The position numbers were made by a program, and so were the translations under genes. This document shows, piece by piece, positions 25,681 through 41,315 of a stretch of DNA of 64,000 bases; the stretch's first letter is position 1, and every line of letters starts with the position of its first letter. Below the pieces are notes generated by a model. The model was given only the letters and a program-made list of their open reading frames with translations, was not told where the DNA came from and did no database searches. This stretch comes from the human T2T-CHM13v2.0 reference genome, Homo sapiens: assembly GCF_009914755.1 (NCBI RefSeq), contig NC_060936.1. One strand, given 5' to 3'.

Positions 25681-27319
25681 CGAGGATGAAATGAGACGAT
25701 TCACAGTGCTGGAAAGCACCCGACCACCCCGAGGGCAGCGCCCTCATGCTAGTAGTGTATTCTCATGAAGCAGGTTTTGCCTTCAGCCCAGAAAGACAGC
25801 AGAGCCTGGTGGGTGAACCCTTGCTTCCATCTCCAGCCACCCTCCTCATCCCTCATCCCATGTCCCTTGAGATGTCCAGGTTACCTCCCGGGGTCGAGGA
25901 GCAGAGCAGATGGCCCTGTGCCTTCAGAGTCACGTGCTCATGACTGGCATTCCAGCCCTTAGGATGATGTGGGGACACCCTACATCCCTCCACCCATGGC
26001 CCCACGGGCTGCTCTGTAATGATCCCCATGTCTTGGCATGTGTCCTTCATTACAGCCCCCTGGATGGAGCATGGCTCCCCACAGCCATCCTGGACCCTGC
26101 AGCTCTGGGCCAAGACAACTGTCCAAGATGGGGCTGCCTTTATTGGATAATTATTCCAGCGGGAAATCTGTGGGAAGTTTCCGGTGACCTGGCTGTGAGT
26201 TAGGAGGTTAAGGTAAATGTGATCCTGTGGGAAAATAAAATCCCTGGATTCCCTCATCTCTTTTTTTGGGCCTTCCTCACCCCCTCAGGTGGGACTGCAG
26301 GTATGTAGGCACTGCAGATCCTAATCTCCCAAAGGCAAGTCTTTTGGAGCCTCTGTTTCCTCATCTGTAAAATGGGCATGTCAGCTTGCTGCCCAGTATA
26401 TTCTGCTGCTGGCTATGGCCAAAGATGGGTTGTGATGGCTGGAATGAAATCCTCCTTGGTACTATTGGGATTGCAGAGCACCCTGGTATACCTGGAGGCA
26501 AGAAATGTTCAAAGCTGAAGGGATTTGGAGAGCATCTAGTCTGCCCCCTTAATGATTTCTGGATTGGGAAACTACAGCCAGTGGGGACAGTGATTTGCTC
26601 ACCTGGAGAGGGAGTGGCCATCCTGCTGGGAGGGAAGAACCTGGAAGTGGGAAGTAGGAATTTCAAGTTCCTCTCTTAACTCTGCTGTCAGGGAAGTTGG
26701 TTAACTTCTCTGGGCCTCCATTTACTCATCTGTCAAATGGCCCCAATAACAGAGAGGGAATGAGGTCATTGCCAAGTCTCTTCCAGCCTTGAAAATCGGA
26801 TTATCTCACAGTGCCATGTACACCCTCTCAAAGTACCAGAGAAACAGGCAGGAGAGAAATCAGCCTACTTTTTTGGATGAAAAAAAACATACTAAGATCC
26901 AGAGGGTGTTTCTGAAGTTTTTTCAAGGCCTTATGGTTATTACAAAGCACTGGGACCCAAGAAATCCTGGGTTCAAACTCTTGCTCTGCCTTGATAATGA
27001 CTGTGGAGTATTCAGTAGGTATCAGGCACTGGCCAAACACATGAATCCCAACAGCGCTCTGAGACGGGTCTTATCTTCATTATTTTGGGGAAGAAATTGA
27101 AGCTCAGAGAGGTAGAGTGACTTTCCCCCCATCACACAGCTAGTGAACAGAGAAGGCTGTATTAGAAACTGCGTTTATCTGATGCCACATCTGTGCTTGG
27201 AGCCACCTCCCTGCAGCTCAGTGACAGTCATCAATAATCATGTGATTGCCTGGGATTGGGTCAGGAGGAAATGTCAGGTGCAGGGAGGGGCTCAGCTTAT
27301 TTCTGTGGGGTCTCTTTTA

Positions 27320-27753
27320 CGGTTCAGCGTGCCTGCCCATCAGCTGGTGCTGCGACGAAGCCTTCACTCCTGCAGCTTTGCTTGGAGAGTGGCCCTTAGA
27401 TGCTTGGAGCTGCCTTCCTAGAAGTGGCTTGGAGTTGCATCTGCCTCCCCCAAATGCCTTGGGGGCAACCTATAGCCAATGACAGACTCATGTCAGGGTA
27501 CAGAAGTTCTGTTCCCTTGCCTTGAAGTGGGACAGACTCTGAAGTACAATAGAAACTCCAGAGCTTTCTGCGGGATCAGGCTGGGTCAAGACCTCACCTG
27601 CAACCCCATCCTTGCATAGCTTCTCTGCCTGCCCTGTCCCCATCCCTCGGTCCCTTCTAGGTGTCACCCGAGAGCCTTCTCAATAAATCACTTGCATAAG
27701 AATTCCCTTCACAGGCTTTGCTTCTAAAGAACCTGCCGAAAGTTCCCTAAGAC
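27320..27753 (+). mobile_element. ERVL solo LTR (LTR16C-like)
   Basis: agccaatgacag...ctcaataaatcacttgcataagaattccc...ctaagaca. Confidence 0.65.
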
Positions 27754-28664
27754 AGGAACTTGAGACAAACTCTTGGAAATGAACTGACCATGTAACCATA
27801 AATTGGGTCTAATTACCCTGTTTCGGCCAAGCATTTCAACTGTCTTCTCAAGAGGCCAAGAAAATGTCTTGGAGATTCAGAAACAGTAGTCAGATGTTAC
27901 TGACCATTGCTATTAGGTCTATGCCAGGACCTGGCATACAGTAAGGTGTTTAATAAATATTTGCTGAGTGAAAGGCCTGAATGAGTAAACATTTCTGGTG
28001 CTGGGGAGGTGGGGGTTTCTGGAAAGAGAGGATGTAAAACAGCCTTCCTGGGTCAGATCCCCAGGAAACACGCAGGCTCAGGGACCAGCCTGGGCACATT
28101 GAAATGCGGGGTCAGGTGCTCAGATATTCATAGCTCCATCAGAGGCTTAGCCTAAGAGGCTGCAAGCCCCAGAGGAGCGACAGACCCGGGAGGGAGTCGT
28201 GATCACAGCAAAGATTACAAGAGCTTGTTAAACAGAAATCCCTCCTGGCAGATGGTCAGCTGGCTCCCAGACGTGGAAAGGAAAGCCCTTTCCTATTGGG
28301 AGTTCCAGAAGCTTTGAAACCAGGGGAGGACATTATGCCTTCGTGAGTTAACAAAACAACAATAATGATGATGATAAAAATGACAAAGCAATTATCTGAT
28401 AGTTACTATATCCAGGACTTGGTATGTAGGATGTTGTTTAAGCCTCCCAATAACCCCTGCAAGATACACACTATCACTCCCATTTTACAGACGAAGAAAC
28501 TGAGGCTCCGTGAATGACAATGACGTGCCCAAGGTCACACTGCCAACAGGCAGTACTTGAACCCAAGTAGGATGATGGCAAAGCCTCGGCACCATGGCAA
28601 GTGCTGATTTAAGAGGATAGTAGGGAAAGGGCTGGGCACAACTGAGGCATAAAAATTATAAAAA

Positions 28665-29310
<646 letters not shown>

Positions 29311-29829
29311 ATAAAAAATTACAAAAATGTTGTAAACTCATGGAATATCTCTGTATGGATACAGAAGAGACCCATAGCTGTAGTTGCCATGAGTTGTACA
29401 TGGAGGGGAGATTTTTATTATAAACCTTTCCTATTTGAATATTGAAGCATGGTGGGCTAGATCACAAAATTGGCCCCCATGATGCATCCCTGTCCACGTT
29501 TATACCCATCCTTTGCTGCTGATTTTGTGGTCCTTACCCATTCTGACTCTGGGCTCAGGGATGCAACTGGCTTTGACCAATGGGATATTAGTAAAAGTAA
29601 CACAGGCAGAAGCCTGCAAATGGCTTGTGCAATTGGGCTCGCTCTGATGCTGCCCTTCTGCAGGGCCATGAGGACACACTCAGGCTTACCTGCTGGGGGA
29701 TGAAGGCTTGTGCAGCACAGCTAAGCTGCCCTCATCAACCCAGTGGAGGCCATCCCAGATCAGCCATCAGCCTGCTGACTGAGACACATAAATGAGCCCA
29801 GGCAAGATCAGCAGAGCTGCCCGGCCTGC

Positions 29830-30183
29830 TGATATGGTTTTGCTGTGTCCCCACCCAAATCTCATCTTGAATTGCAGTTCCCATAATCCCTACATGTCAT
29901 GAGGGACCTGGTGGGAGGTAACTGAATCATGGGGGTGGGTTTTCCTGTGCCGTTCTCATGATAGTCAATAAGAGTCACTAGAACTGATGGTTTTATAAAA
30001 AGGTAGTTCCCCTGCACTGCCTGCTGCCATGTAAGACGTGCCTTTGCTCTTCTGTTGCCTTCTGCCATGATTTTGAGGCCTCCTCAGCCATGTGGAACTG
30101 TGAGTCCATGAAACCTCTTTTTCTTTATAAATTACCCAGTCTTGGGTATGTCTTTATCAGCAGCATGAGAACAGACTAATACA
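29830..30183 (+). mobile_element. THE1 solo LTR (THE1C/D-like)
   Basis: tgatatggttt...gactaataca termini, 5-bp TSD cctgc. Confidence 0.9.
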
Positions 30184-30202
30184 CCTGCTAACCACAATGG
30201 AA

Positions 30203-30496
<294 letters not shown>

Positions 30497-31354
30497 GGTT
30501 TTGTGATTGTTTGTTACAGAGCATTATTATGGCTATAGATAGCTAACATAAGTAGTAAGGCATTGCGCCTTCCAAGATGAAAAAAAACAAAACAAAAAAA
30601 CACGTAAAGTTTAAGTTTATAAGATAGTTTCTACTCTGTAGGAGATCCTGAAATCTGGAGGCTCTCCTGCTCCCTGCAAATGTCTTTTCCATTCTGACTT
30701 TGGTGCTTTCAGTGAAGCCATTTCTTCAAAATCAAATTCACTCAACATTTCTCCAGACCCCACCTTCTCCAGAAAGCCCTCCAAACCTCCACAGTCCTCA
30801 GCCTGGCTGCCAGGCTGATTTCACTAACGTTCAGCATTATTACAAAGAGCAGCTCCTGTGCAGTCAGTGCTGACCATGGGCCAGGCACTGGGCAAGCCCC
30901 GTCTCACTGAGTCATCACTACACCCTGTGAGGGAGGCATGCCTAGCGTTTTCCTCCAGTTGCAAATTAGAGACCGAGACCAAGAGGGAGTGAGTCTGTTG
31001 CCCAAGGTCTCACAGCAAGCGAATCCCAGAGGCAAGATTCAACCATGCAGCTGCCCAGCTGTGCTCCTCACACCTGCCTTAATGGCTTTCTCCCCTCCAG
31101 GCTGGAGGGAGCTGTCCTTTGATTAGATCTGCATTGAGGGCAGGGAGGCTAACACTGTCATTGGATCAACCTGGGGTTGAAAAGTGCATTTTCCCTTCTT
31201 GTCCTCAGAACAGCCCTATGAGGCAGGGAAACAGGAAAAATGAAGACCATCTTTGAGGAATAAACTGACTTGCCTAAGGTCACATGGTGAGTCACAGAGC
31301 GGAGACTAGAATTTGGGAGTCTCTTCTTTCCCTCTCTGTCTAAGACTCCTCAAT

Positions 31355-31662
31355 TATATATATATATACCATATATATATATACACACCATATATATATA
31401 CACCATATATATATATACCATATATATATATACCATATATATATCATATATATATCATATATATATCATATATATACACCATATATATATACACCATATA
31501 TATATACCATATATATATACCATATATATATACACCATATATATACCATATATATATACCATATATATACCATATATATATACCATATATATATACACCA
31601 TATATATATATACACCATATATATATATACACCATATATATATACCATATATATATACCATA
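31355..31662. repeat. interrupted (TA)n repeat, unit about (TA)3-6 plus CCA/CACCA
   Basis: Direct reading. Confidence 0.95.
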
Positions 31663-31804
31663 CAGCGTGAAGGTCTTTTTATGTGTCCACCCCTCCTGCC
31701 TCTGTGGCTGTGCTCAACATTTCCTCTTTCATAGTGTACCTTTCACTGCAGAGCAGACAAGCAGAAATGTGAGGGCAAGCATGCTGGGGACGCTGGGTTA
31801 TAAG

Positions 31805-32184
31805 CTCCTTCCTTCTTCCTGCTTCCTACTTTCTCCCTCCCTTCCTTCCTTCCTTCCTTTCTTTCTTCCTTCCTTCCTTCATCCTTCTCTTCTTTCCCTC
31901 CTTTTCTTCCTTCCTTCTTCCCTCCCTTTCTCCTTCCCTTTTCTCTCCCTCCCTCCCTCCCTCCCTCCCTCCCTCCCTTCCTTCCTTCCTTCCTTCCTTC
32001 CTTCCTTCCTTCCTCTCTCCCTTCCTCCCTCCCTCCTTTCCTTTTTTCCTTCCTTCCCTCCATCCTTCCTCCCTCCTTCTCTCCCCCTTCCTTCCATCTT
32101 TCCTCCCTTCCTTCCTTCCTTCCTTCATTCCTTCCTTCATTCCTTCCATTTTTCCCCTCTCTTCCTCCTTCCTTTCTTCCTTTC
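31805..32184. repeat. (TTCC/TCCC)n polypyrimidine tract
   Basis: Direct reading. Confidence 0.95.
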
Positions 32185-32659
32185 AAAATTCATTCTGCAA
32201 ATATTCACTGTGGACCCACTCTCTGCTAGGTCCTCTGCCTGACTCTGGAGATGCAATGGGAATGAAACAGGCGTGGACCTTGGCCTTGATCTCGTGAAGC
32301 GGCAGGGAAGATGGGACTTAAGCAATTGTATAAATAATTAACTCATTGCAGTTGGAGGACAGGTAGTGAATAGCAAGAACTGTGTCAGACTTGAGTTGGA
32401 ATCTGAGCTCTGCATTTTACCCAGCTGGGTTGCCCCCAGTCGGTTACCTAATCTCTCTGTGTCTTGCTTTCCTCATTTGGGGATTAATGGCCATCTTTCA
32501 GGGTGGTTGTGAGAGTTAAAGCAAGCTGTTGATCTACAGCATTGAGCATGGAGCCTGGCGCAGGGTAGGCGCTGTGACAGCAGCTGTCTTCATCTTTGCT
32601 GCTATTGTTTCTGCTGCTGGATCCTTGCTACCCTTGACCCAGAAGGTCCCACCTGCATG

Positions 32660-32870
32660 ACCATCTTATCTGCGAGGGGAGGTGGCTTCATTCACCCTTC
32701 TCTAACCCTCTGAATTATAATCCATCTTTAATGCCTCTAGAGGAAGGAGCTTTGAACAGAAACCTGCTCCAACCACTCACTGCGGTCCACCCAGCGAATG
32801 CTTGCCTTTCAAAGGCATGACGGGGCCGCCAAATCCGCCCCAGGGACCTAACGCGATTGTCTTGCTTCTG
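32660..32870. promoter_or_regulatory. candidate enhancer with TCF/LEF-type sites
   Basis: CTTTGAA 32750, palindrome TGCCTTT-C-AAAGGCA 32803-32817, CpG cluster. Confidence 0.35.
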
Positions 32871-33249
32871 TAACTCTGCTGGGAAGCTGAGCTTGGGGTT
32901 TCTGGCTGGGCTTCCAGGGGCTCCCAGAGCTGGTGCGGAACCGCAAGGGAGGCTTATGGGAAACCATCAGGCCAAGGAACCTAGCCTGGGAGGGACAGAG
33001 CCAGGGTGGAGGAGCCCATGTCAAACTGAGCACCCACGATGTGCTAGGCAAGAGTCCCTCTTCTGCTTGGCCCATGAAAAGCACTTTCCCCAGTGCTTAT
33101 GGGGGTCAGGCAGACATAGTCACCTGTGATGACAAGAACATGGTGCAGGGAGTCCCAATATCCAAGTTAAAGCCTCCACTAAGTGCCCTTAGGACTAACA
33201 CAATCTGTGTCTTAGCTTTTCACATCTATAAAATGTGTGTCTCTTTTAT

Positions 33250-33575
33250 GAGGCAGTATAGTTTGGTGTTTAAGAGCTGAAGCTCTGGATCCATTGAAGG
33301 TCCTTGTGACCTTGGGCCAGTTGCTTACCCTCTCTGTGCCTCAGGCTCTGAGACTATAAAACATGGAGAGTAATACTATTTGATTCTGTTGCCTACTAGC
33401 TGGATGACCTCAAGCAAGTTGCTCCACCTCTCTCAACCTCAGTGTCCTCCTTCTGAATTGGGATCAATGAGAATTCTTACTTCACAGGGCTGTTGTGAGT
33501 ATTGAATGGGATGATCCAAGCTGAGTGCTCCAAACCACATTTGGCATGGAATAATCATGTTAGTGTTGATTGAAC
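33250..33575 (+). mobile_element. tandem MIR fragments
   Basis: gaggcagtatagtttggtgtttaagagc...gtgaccttgggc...cacagggctgttgtgag. Confidence 0.7.
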
Positions 33576-34007
33576 ACCTGCTATTTTCATCCCCTTCATT
33601 CTTCCTTTTCTCCCTCTTTTCTTGTTTCTCTCCCTCCTGCCTCTTTCCCTCACTCCACAATGGCATACTGTACACCTCCCATGAGCCAGGCACTTTTCTA
33701 GGCACTGCCCATCTTCAGGATGACTTTAAGAACCAAATGTGCTTAATGGGGAAGTGCTTTGGCAATATCAAGGATAATCTGTCGTGGAAGAGAAGAGGTG
33801 ATAAATTCACACTGTGGCTTGTGGTGACTTCTTTTTATGCTCACTCTCATCTAGGGTCATTAATTTAGAGCCTTGACTAGGATTTCTATCCTATGCAGCT
33901 GCAGTGACATTAATTTGATATTCGCTAACCTCAGTTACTTGTGTGTCACCGTCATAATGATTATTTGCCACAGCCACATAAAACTATACTTCAATATTTT
34001 GTTTTAA

Positions 34008-34441
<434 letters not shown>

Positions 34442-35379
34442 TAGATGACCCCAAAGCATCTCCATTTGTATCATATTATATTAGAGAGCAGCTATACCAG
34501 ACAATATCCTCCATTTGGCTAACTAGAAAATCGTTTGACTCATTGCTTCAAATTTTTCATATTTATCAAGTACTATCTCCTTTTTCCAAGCCTAGGGGTT
34601 TCTGTCATCTGCAATTATCATGATGTTAATCTGAAAGTCATTAACCTTGGTTACTTAGGTATTGCCAGCATAACAAACATTTGTATTCTTTTTGCCATAG
34701 CCACATGCCAAACATGAATGTGCTTGTGCTTGTCCTTTTATTTTTGGATCATGGTTTTTTCTTTTTCTTTTTTTTCTTTTTAAATTTAGCCTCAACTGAA
34801 GCAATTGTATCTATGAAATCAGAGGTTCAAGGAGCTGGTTATATATTTCTAGCATGCATTAAATATGTAGCTATTATGTAAAATAAAATGTCAACCAAAC
34901 ACATCTCCATGTGTGCCCCATTCTTAAGGTGGGCTGCTGTTCCAAGCATAACCCTGTTACCATTCAGCTGGTTAGGAAATTCTTTGATTCATTGCTTCAT
35001 ATTCACCAAGCGTTACTCCTTTTGTCCAAGTCTTGAGATCCCATGAAAGCATAGACAGGTCAAAGCCATCGTCCTAGGTGACAGAGTGAATCCCAGAACC
35101 CAGGAGTCCTGGTCCCTGATTCTGCCTCGAGGCCACACAGGATGCCCAGCCCCATCCTGACCTATCTCCTGGCTCATTAAAGGCCTTGGGGCTTGGACCA
35201 GGTCTTTCATTTTTCCATCCTTCTCTCTTTCCTCTCTAGCACTCGAAGATACAAAAAGGGTTAACATCCATCTCCCACTCTTCTTGACACCTCCCACCCT
35301 GGGTTGCTGTGGGTAATCGCCAGCTTCCCTTGAGGAATGACCTTGCCCCCCACCGTGGGGGCTATCAAGAGACAGATAT

Positions 35380-35820
35380 AAACACCTCAAAGTTCCCAGC
35401 TAGCTCTCTTAATTGGCACCTTTCTGTTCTGCTTTAAATTAATCAAAGCCAGTCCGATATTAATACTGTAGGGGGAATTAAAATCATGCAACGCATTAAA
35501 GATGTAATTTAAAATTAATAACTCATAATTATTTATCATGGCGTATCAGTGGAGCTATGAATTTTCCCTTCTAACTCAGCGCACAGTCTCCTGCCTTTGC
35601 TTTTAATAGCATTTGGACCATTACTGTGCCCAACCTTGGTTCCCGCAGACACCCAACCTAAGAGACGTAATTCACTTAATTTAATTTTGGGGGGGCTTAA
35701 TTGTGGTAAATCACTACTTAAGAAAAGACATCTATTTGAAAGGACAAATTGGGATAATTTAATAAAAGCTGGAGTGAGGAAGCCCAAAGACTTAATGATG
35801 CGCTGTGGGTTTTGACCAGA
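35380..35820. promoter_or_regulatory. candidate homeodomain-site-dense enhancer / conserved non-coding element
   Basis: About 21 TAAT/ATTA cores in ~400 bp, ATCAAAG 35442, no repeat similarity recognised. Confidence 0.55.
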
Positions 35821-35914
35821 GAAGCCCCTACTCTTCAACTCATTCACTGAGAGTTGCTAGGCTCGGTTTCCAAGTCTTTAAGACAATGGCAGCATTCAAA
35901 AGGTTTCACTAACT

Positions 35915-36600
35915 AAGGAAATGACCCACCTGTCCATCAATATGGGATTGAGCAAAAAAACTGTGATGGATCCACCCAGTGGAACACTATGCAGGCATAT
36001 AAAAGAATGACAGGTCACATGTGTGGATATAGAAGAATCAGCAGGATATATTAAATTTTAAAAATGCGGCTGAGCATGGTGGCTCATGCCGGTAATCCAA
36101 GCACTTTGGGAGGCCAAGGTGGGTAGATCACGAGGTCAGGAATTCGAGACCAGCCTGGCCAACAGGGTGAAACCCCGTCTCTACTAAAAATACAAAAATG
36201 AGCCAGGTGCAGTGGTGGGCGCCTGTAATTCCAGCTGCTCAGGAGGCTGAGGCAGGTGAATCACTTGAACCTGGGAGGCGAAGTTTGCAGTGAGCTGAGA
36301 TTGTGCCACTGCACCCTAGCCTGGGCAACAGAGTGAGACTCCATCTCAAAAAAAAAAAAAATGCTAGAAGAGTGTATAGCATGCTGTTATGACAAAAGGA
36401 AAATATATATACACACATATAATTACATATACAACATAGAATATCCTTGGAAAGAAACAGGAAACCTCTGGGGATGGGTTTAGGTAACTGGGGGACAGAG
36501 GAGGGAGGGAGAGTTGTCATGCTTTGTATACATTTGTATCTTTGAAATTTTGTACCACATGCAAGTATCAGCAATTCAAAAAGATTAGACAATTAAAATA
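35915..36600 (+). mobile_element. old L1ME 3' end split by an Alu
   Basis: tgtccatcaatatggg...gtggaacactatgcag...tttgaaattttgtaccacatgcaagtat. Confidence 0.6.
36068..36362 (+). mobile_element. AluS (Sg-like), full length
   Basis: gatcacgaggtcagg; TSD aaaaatgc. Confidence 0.92.
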
Positions 36601-37399
36601 ATAATAGTAGGAAAGATTTGTCAACCTGGGTCTTGCCATATCTCATGTACCCTCACTCCTATTTCCACATATCCCTACTGATCATAATGATGGTTACCAT
36701 GTGTCGAGTGTCCTCTCTGGAATGGTCACTGAGCTGGCTTCATCCCACGAGGTCCTTACATCAACCTGGTGAGGCAGGTCCCCAACATTTCATGATGAAG
36801 TTTCTAACATAAAGGCGAAAGGGTTTTTCAGTGAATACCCATCTATTTACCACCTAGGTTCTACCATTAATGTTTTTCAACACTTTCCTTATCCCAGACG
36901 GATTCATTTACCCATCCCTCTATCCAACTATCAGCCCATCTACTTTTCATACAATTCAAGGAAAGTTACAGACATCTGTACATTTCTTTCTAACTACTTG
37001 AGCACGTCTCTCTTTAATTGAAATGCAATATTTGGTTAGGGTTCCTTTTGAAAAGTAAAATTCACCAACTGCAAAGAGCGCAGACCTTAAGTGTACCATT
37101 TGCTGAGTTTTGACAAACACTTGCACTTGAACAATGCACATCCATATAATGATACAGAATTAATTTCCATCTCCCTAGAAAATACCCTAATTCCCCTTCC
37201 CGATAAATCCCCAAAGCCCTAGAGGCAACACTGTTACTACTTGTTTTTTTGTTTTTTTTTTTTACCACCACAGATTAGTTTGGTTATTGTAAAACTTCAT
37301 ATAAGTGGAAGTGCACAAATGGACCCTTTGTGTAAGGATTTCACTCAGCAGAAAACTTAGAGAGTCATCCATGTGTTGTGTTTATCACTAGTTTGTTTT

Positions 37400-38778
<1,379 letters not shown>

Positions 38779-38914
38779 GGAGGAGGTTTTTTTTTTTTAT
38801 TGCTGGGTAGTGTCTATTGTATGGACACATGACGATTTGTTTATTTATGGACCTGTCGGGAACATTTGGGCTGTTTCAAGTTTGGCGCTATCGTGAATAA
38901 AGTTGCTATGAGTA

Positions 38915-39209
38915 TTTTTTTTTTTTTTAAACAGAGTCTTACTCTGTTACCCAGGGTGGAGTGCAATGGCGTGATCTCAGCTTACTGCAAACTCCGTCTC
39001 CGGAGTTCAAGTGATTCTCCTGCCTCTGCCTCCTGAGTAGCTGGGATTACAGGCATGTGCCACCACGCTGAGCTAACTTTTGTATTTTTCTTAAAGATGA
39101 GGTTTCACCATGTTGACCAGGCTGGTCTTGATCTCCTGGCCTCAAGTGATCTACCCGCCTCGGACTCCCAAAGTGCTAGGATTACAGGAGTGAGCCACTG
39201 TGCCTAGCC
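38915..39209 (-). mobile_element. AluS, full length
   Basis: TSD tgctatgagtatttt. Confidence 0.92.
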
Positions 39210-39672
39210 TGCTATGAGTATTTTATACAAATCTTTTGGAAGACATGTGTTTTTGTTTATCTTGGGTAAATACCTAAGAGTGGAATTGTTGGGTCATAGG
39301 TTAAGTGTAGGATTGGCTTTTATTAAAAAATTGCCACAGAAATTTCCAAAGTGATCATACCGTTTTACATTCCCACCAGCCTTAACAGGTGACAGAAGAA
39401 TTAGAAACCAGCGTGTATCAAATGCACTTTTCACTAAATGGTGAGTTGTTCGGGTTGGTCCACATCCTTGCCAACATTTGGTGTTGTCAGTCTTTGATTT
39501 TAGTCATTCTAGTGGGTACATAACAGTCTCTCACTGCAGTTTTAATTTACATTTCCCCTGATAACTGACAATATTGAGTAGCTCCATTGTAAAGATCAGA
39601 AAATGGAGGCTCAGAGAGGTTCAGTAATTTACTCAAGGCTCCACAGACTGAAGAGCTAGTGTTCCAACACAC

Positions 39673-40007
39673 TGCAGTGGTCTGAATGTTTGCATCTCCC
39701 TGAAATTCGTACGTTGGAACTTCACCACGAACATGATGGTATTAGGAAGTGAGCCCTTTGTCGGGGGATTAGGTCATGGGGATGGAGCCCTCAGGAATGG
39801 GATTAGTGCCCTTATAAAGGAGTCCCCAGGGAGATCCTTGGCCTTTTCCACAGCTAGAAAGGGCCATCAATGAACAAGAAAGTGGGCCCTCACCAGATAC
39901 CAAATCTGACAGCACCTTGATCTTGGACTCCTACCTCCAGAACTGTGAGAAATAAATTTCTGTTGTTTATAAGCCATCCAGTGTATAGCAGCCCAAACAA
40001 CAAACAC
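39673..40007 (+). mobile_element. MaLR solo LTR (MLT1A-like)
   Basis: ggtctgaatgttt...gaatgggattagtgcccttataa...ctccagaactgtgagaaataaatttctgttgtttataagcca. Confidence 0.85.
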
Positions 40008-40754
40008 ACCCACTTCTCTCGACTTTAAAACTATAGCTTGAAACTATAAAGATGTGCTGTATTCGTCTTTCCGTGAATTCCTCCAATCTCTCATCACAGG
40101 ACACCTTTCCTGGACTCTCCTGAGGCTCTGAGCTGCCTGGCACCCAGAACATCAACCACCTAAAGAAACATGTAATTGAGAAAGAGGAAGGAATCCCACA
40201 AGGGACAGAAAGCTTGCTTTTGAGGCAGCCGCTAATTACTCTCTAGGGCATTTTTACAACAAATGTAAAAGTGGGTTTCATTGTTAAAATCCCAGTTACT
40301 GAAGGCAATTCTACCTGATGTTTCTGAGCCAGATCCCCCCAAGCTCGATTCACATGGCTTGAGGGTTGTTTTCCAGCCCTCCTTGGAGGCAGGGGGATGA
40401 GTCTCGTGACTTCTTGAGCCCCTCTTGGCATGGCAGGTGTGGTTTTTTTGTCAGACATTATTGGCTTTGCAGCTTGTGGAACTCAGAGCATCCTCCCCGG
40501 CTAAGTAACCCCTTGCTGTTGTTTTTATGTTGTTTCCAGTGGGTTCAGACTTGGCAGGGTCCAGATGGCCTTGGGGTTGATGGCTGGGCACAGACTTTGG
40601 AAAGCTTTATGTTTATGCTCCAGACTTTGTTTGCAAACAACTATAACTGTGCTGCCTAAATGTCCTTGCCCTTGACCGGGTTTTATGAGCTCCCAGGTTC
40701 TGACTCAGGAAAATTAGTAATTGCAAAGCTACATGGGGATAATTCAGGCTGTCC

Positions 40755-41315
40755 CTGTTGCCCCTTCGTCGGTCAGAGGTGGCCTGGGATCAACCACACC
40801 TTCTTCTCCTGTGACTCCCTGTCCATCTTCCCTGGAGGAATCTCCTTCCTCCTTTCTTACCTCCATGGATCTGGCAGGGCTGCCCCTCTGCCCTCAGCTC
40901 CAGGGACATGAGACCATCCCCAGGCAATCAGAACACTCCATATCTCTGCCTGTGATGATTAGTTAAAGAATGTGCACATGACTCAACTGGGCCAATGAGA
41001 TTCCATGCTGGTAATTTTGCTGGTAAAGAAGTGGTTTCTTTCTCTTGGTTTGCAAAGCTGGAAGGGTGTCGGCCTGGAGCTGTTGGTGGCCATTCTTGCC
41101 ACCATGCAAAGAGAACCTTCAAGACTAACAGTGAAGAAGTCAGAGCCATGTGGTGGAGAGGAACAGATTCCAAATGATAGCAGTGGGGTTCCTTGGTCCA
41201 GCTGCACCTGAAGCCTGCCCTTTTCAATTTTGTGATCCAATCAATTTCCCTTTGTGCTTAAACCAATCTGATGTAGGTTCTTGTCACTTGCAACTAAAAA
41301 ATATTCTGACCTATC
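40755..41315 (+). mobile_element. MaLR LTR (MLT1K-like)
   Basis: cacatgactcaactgggccaatgaga...tgtcacttgcaactaaaa. Confidence 0.7.

Noticed and set aside
31313-32242. 309-aa ORF, the longest in the window
   Set aside because: Reads through the TA repeat and the TTCC tract (YI and LPSF repeats); no protein-like content
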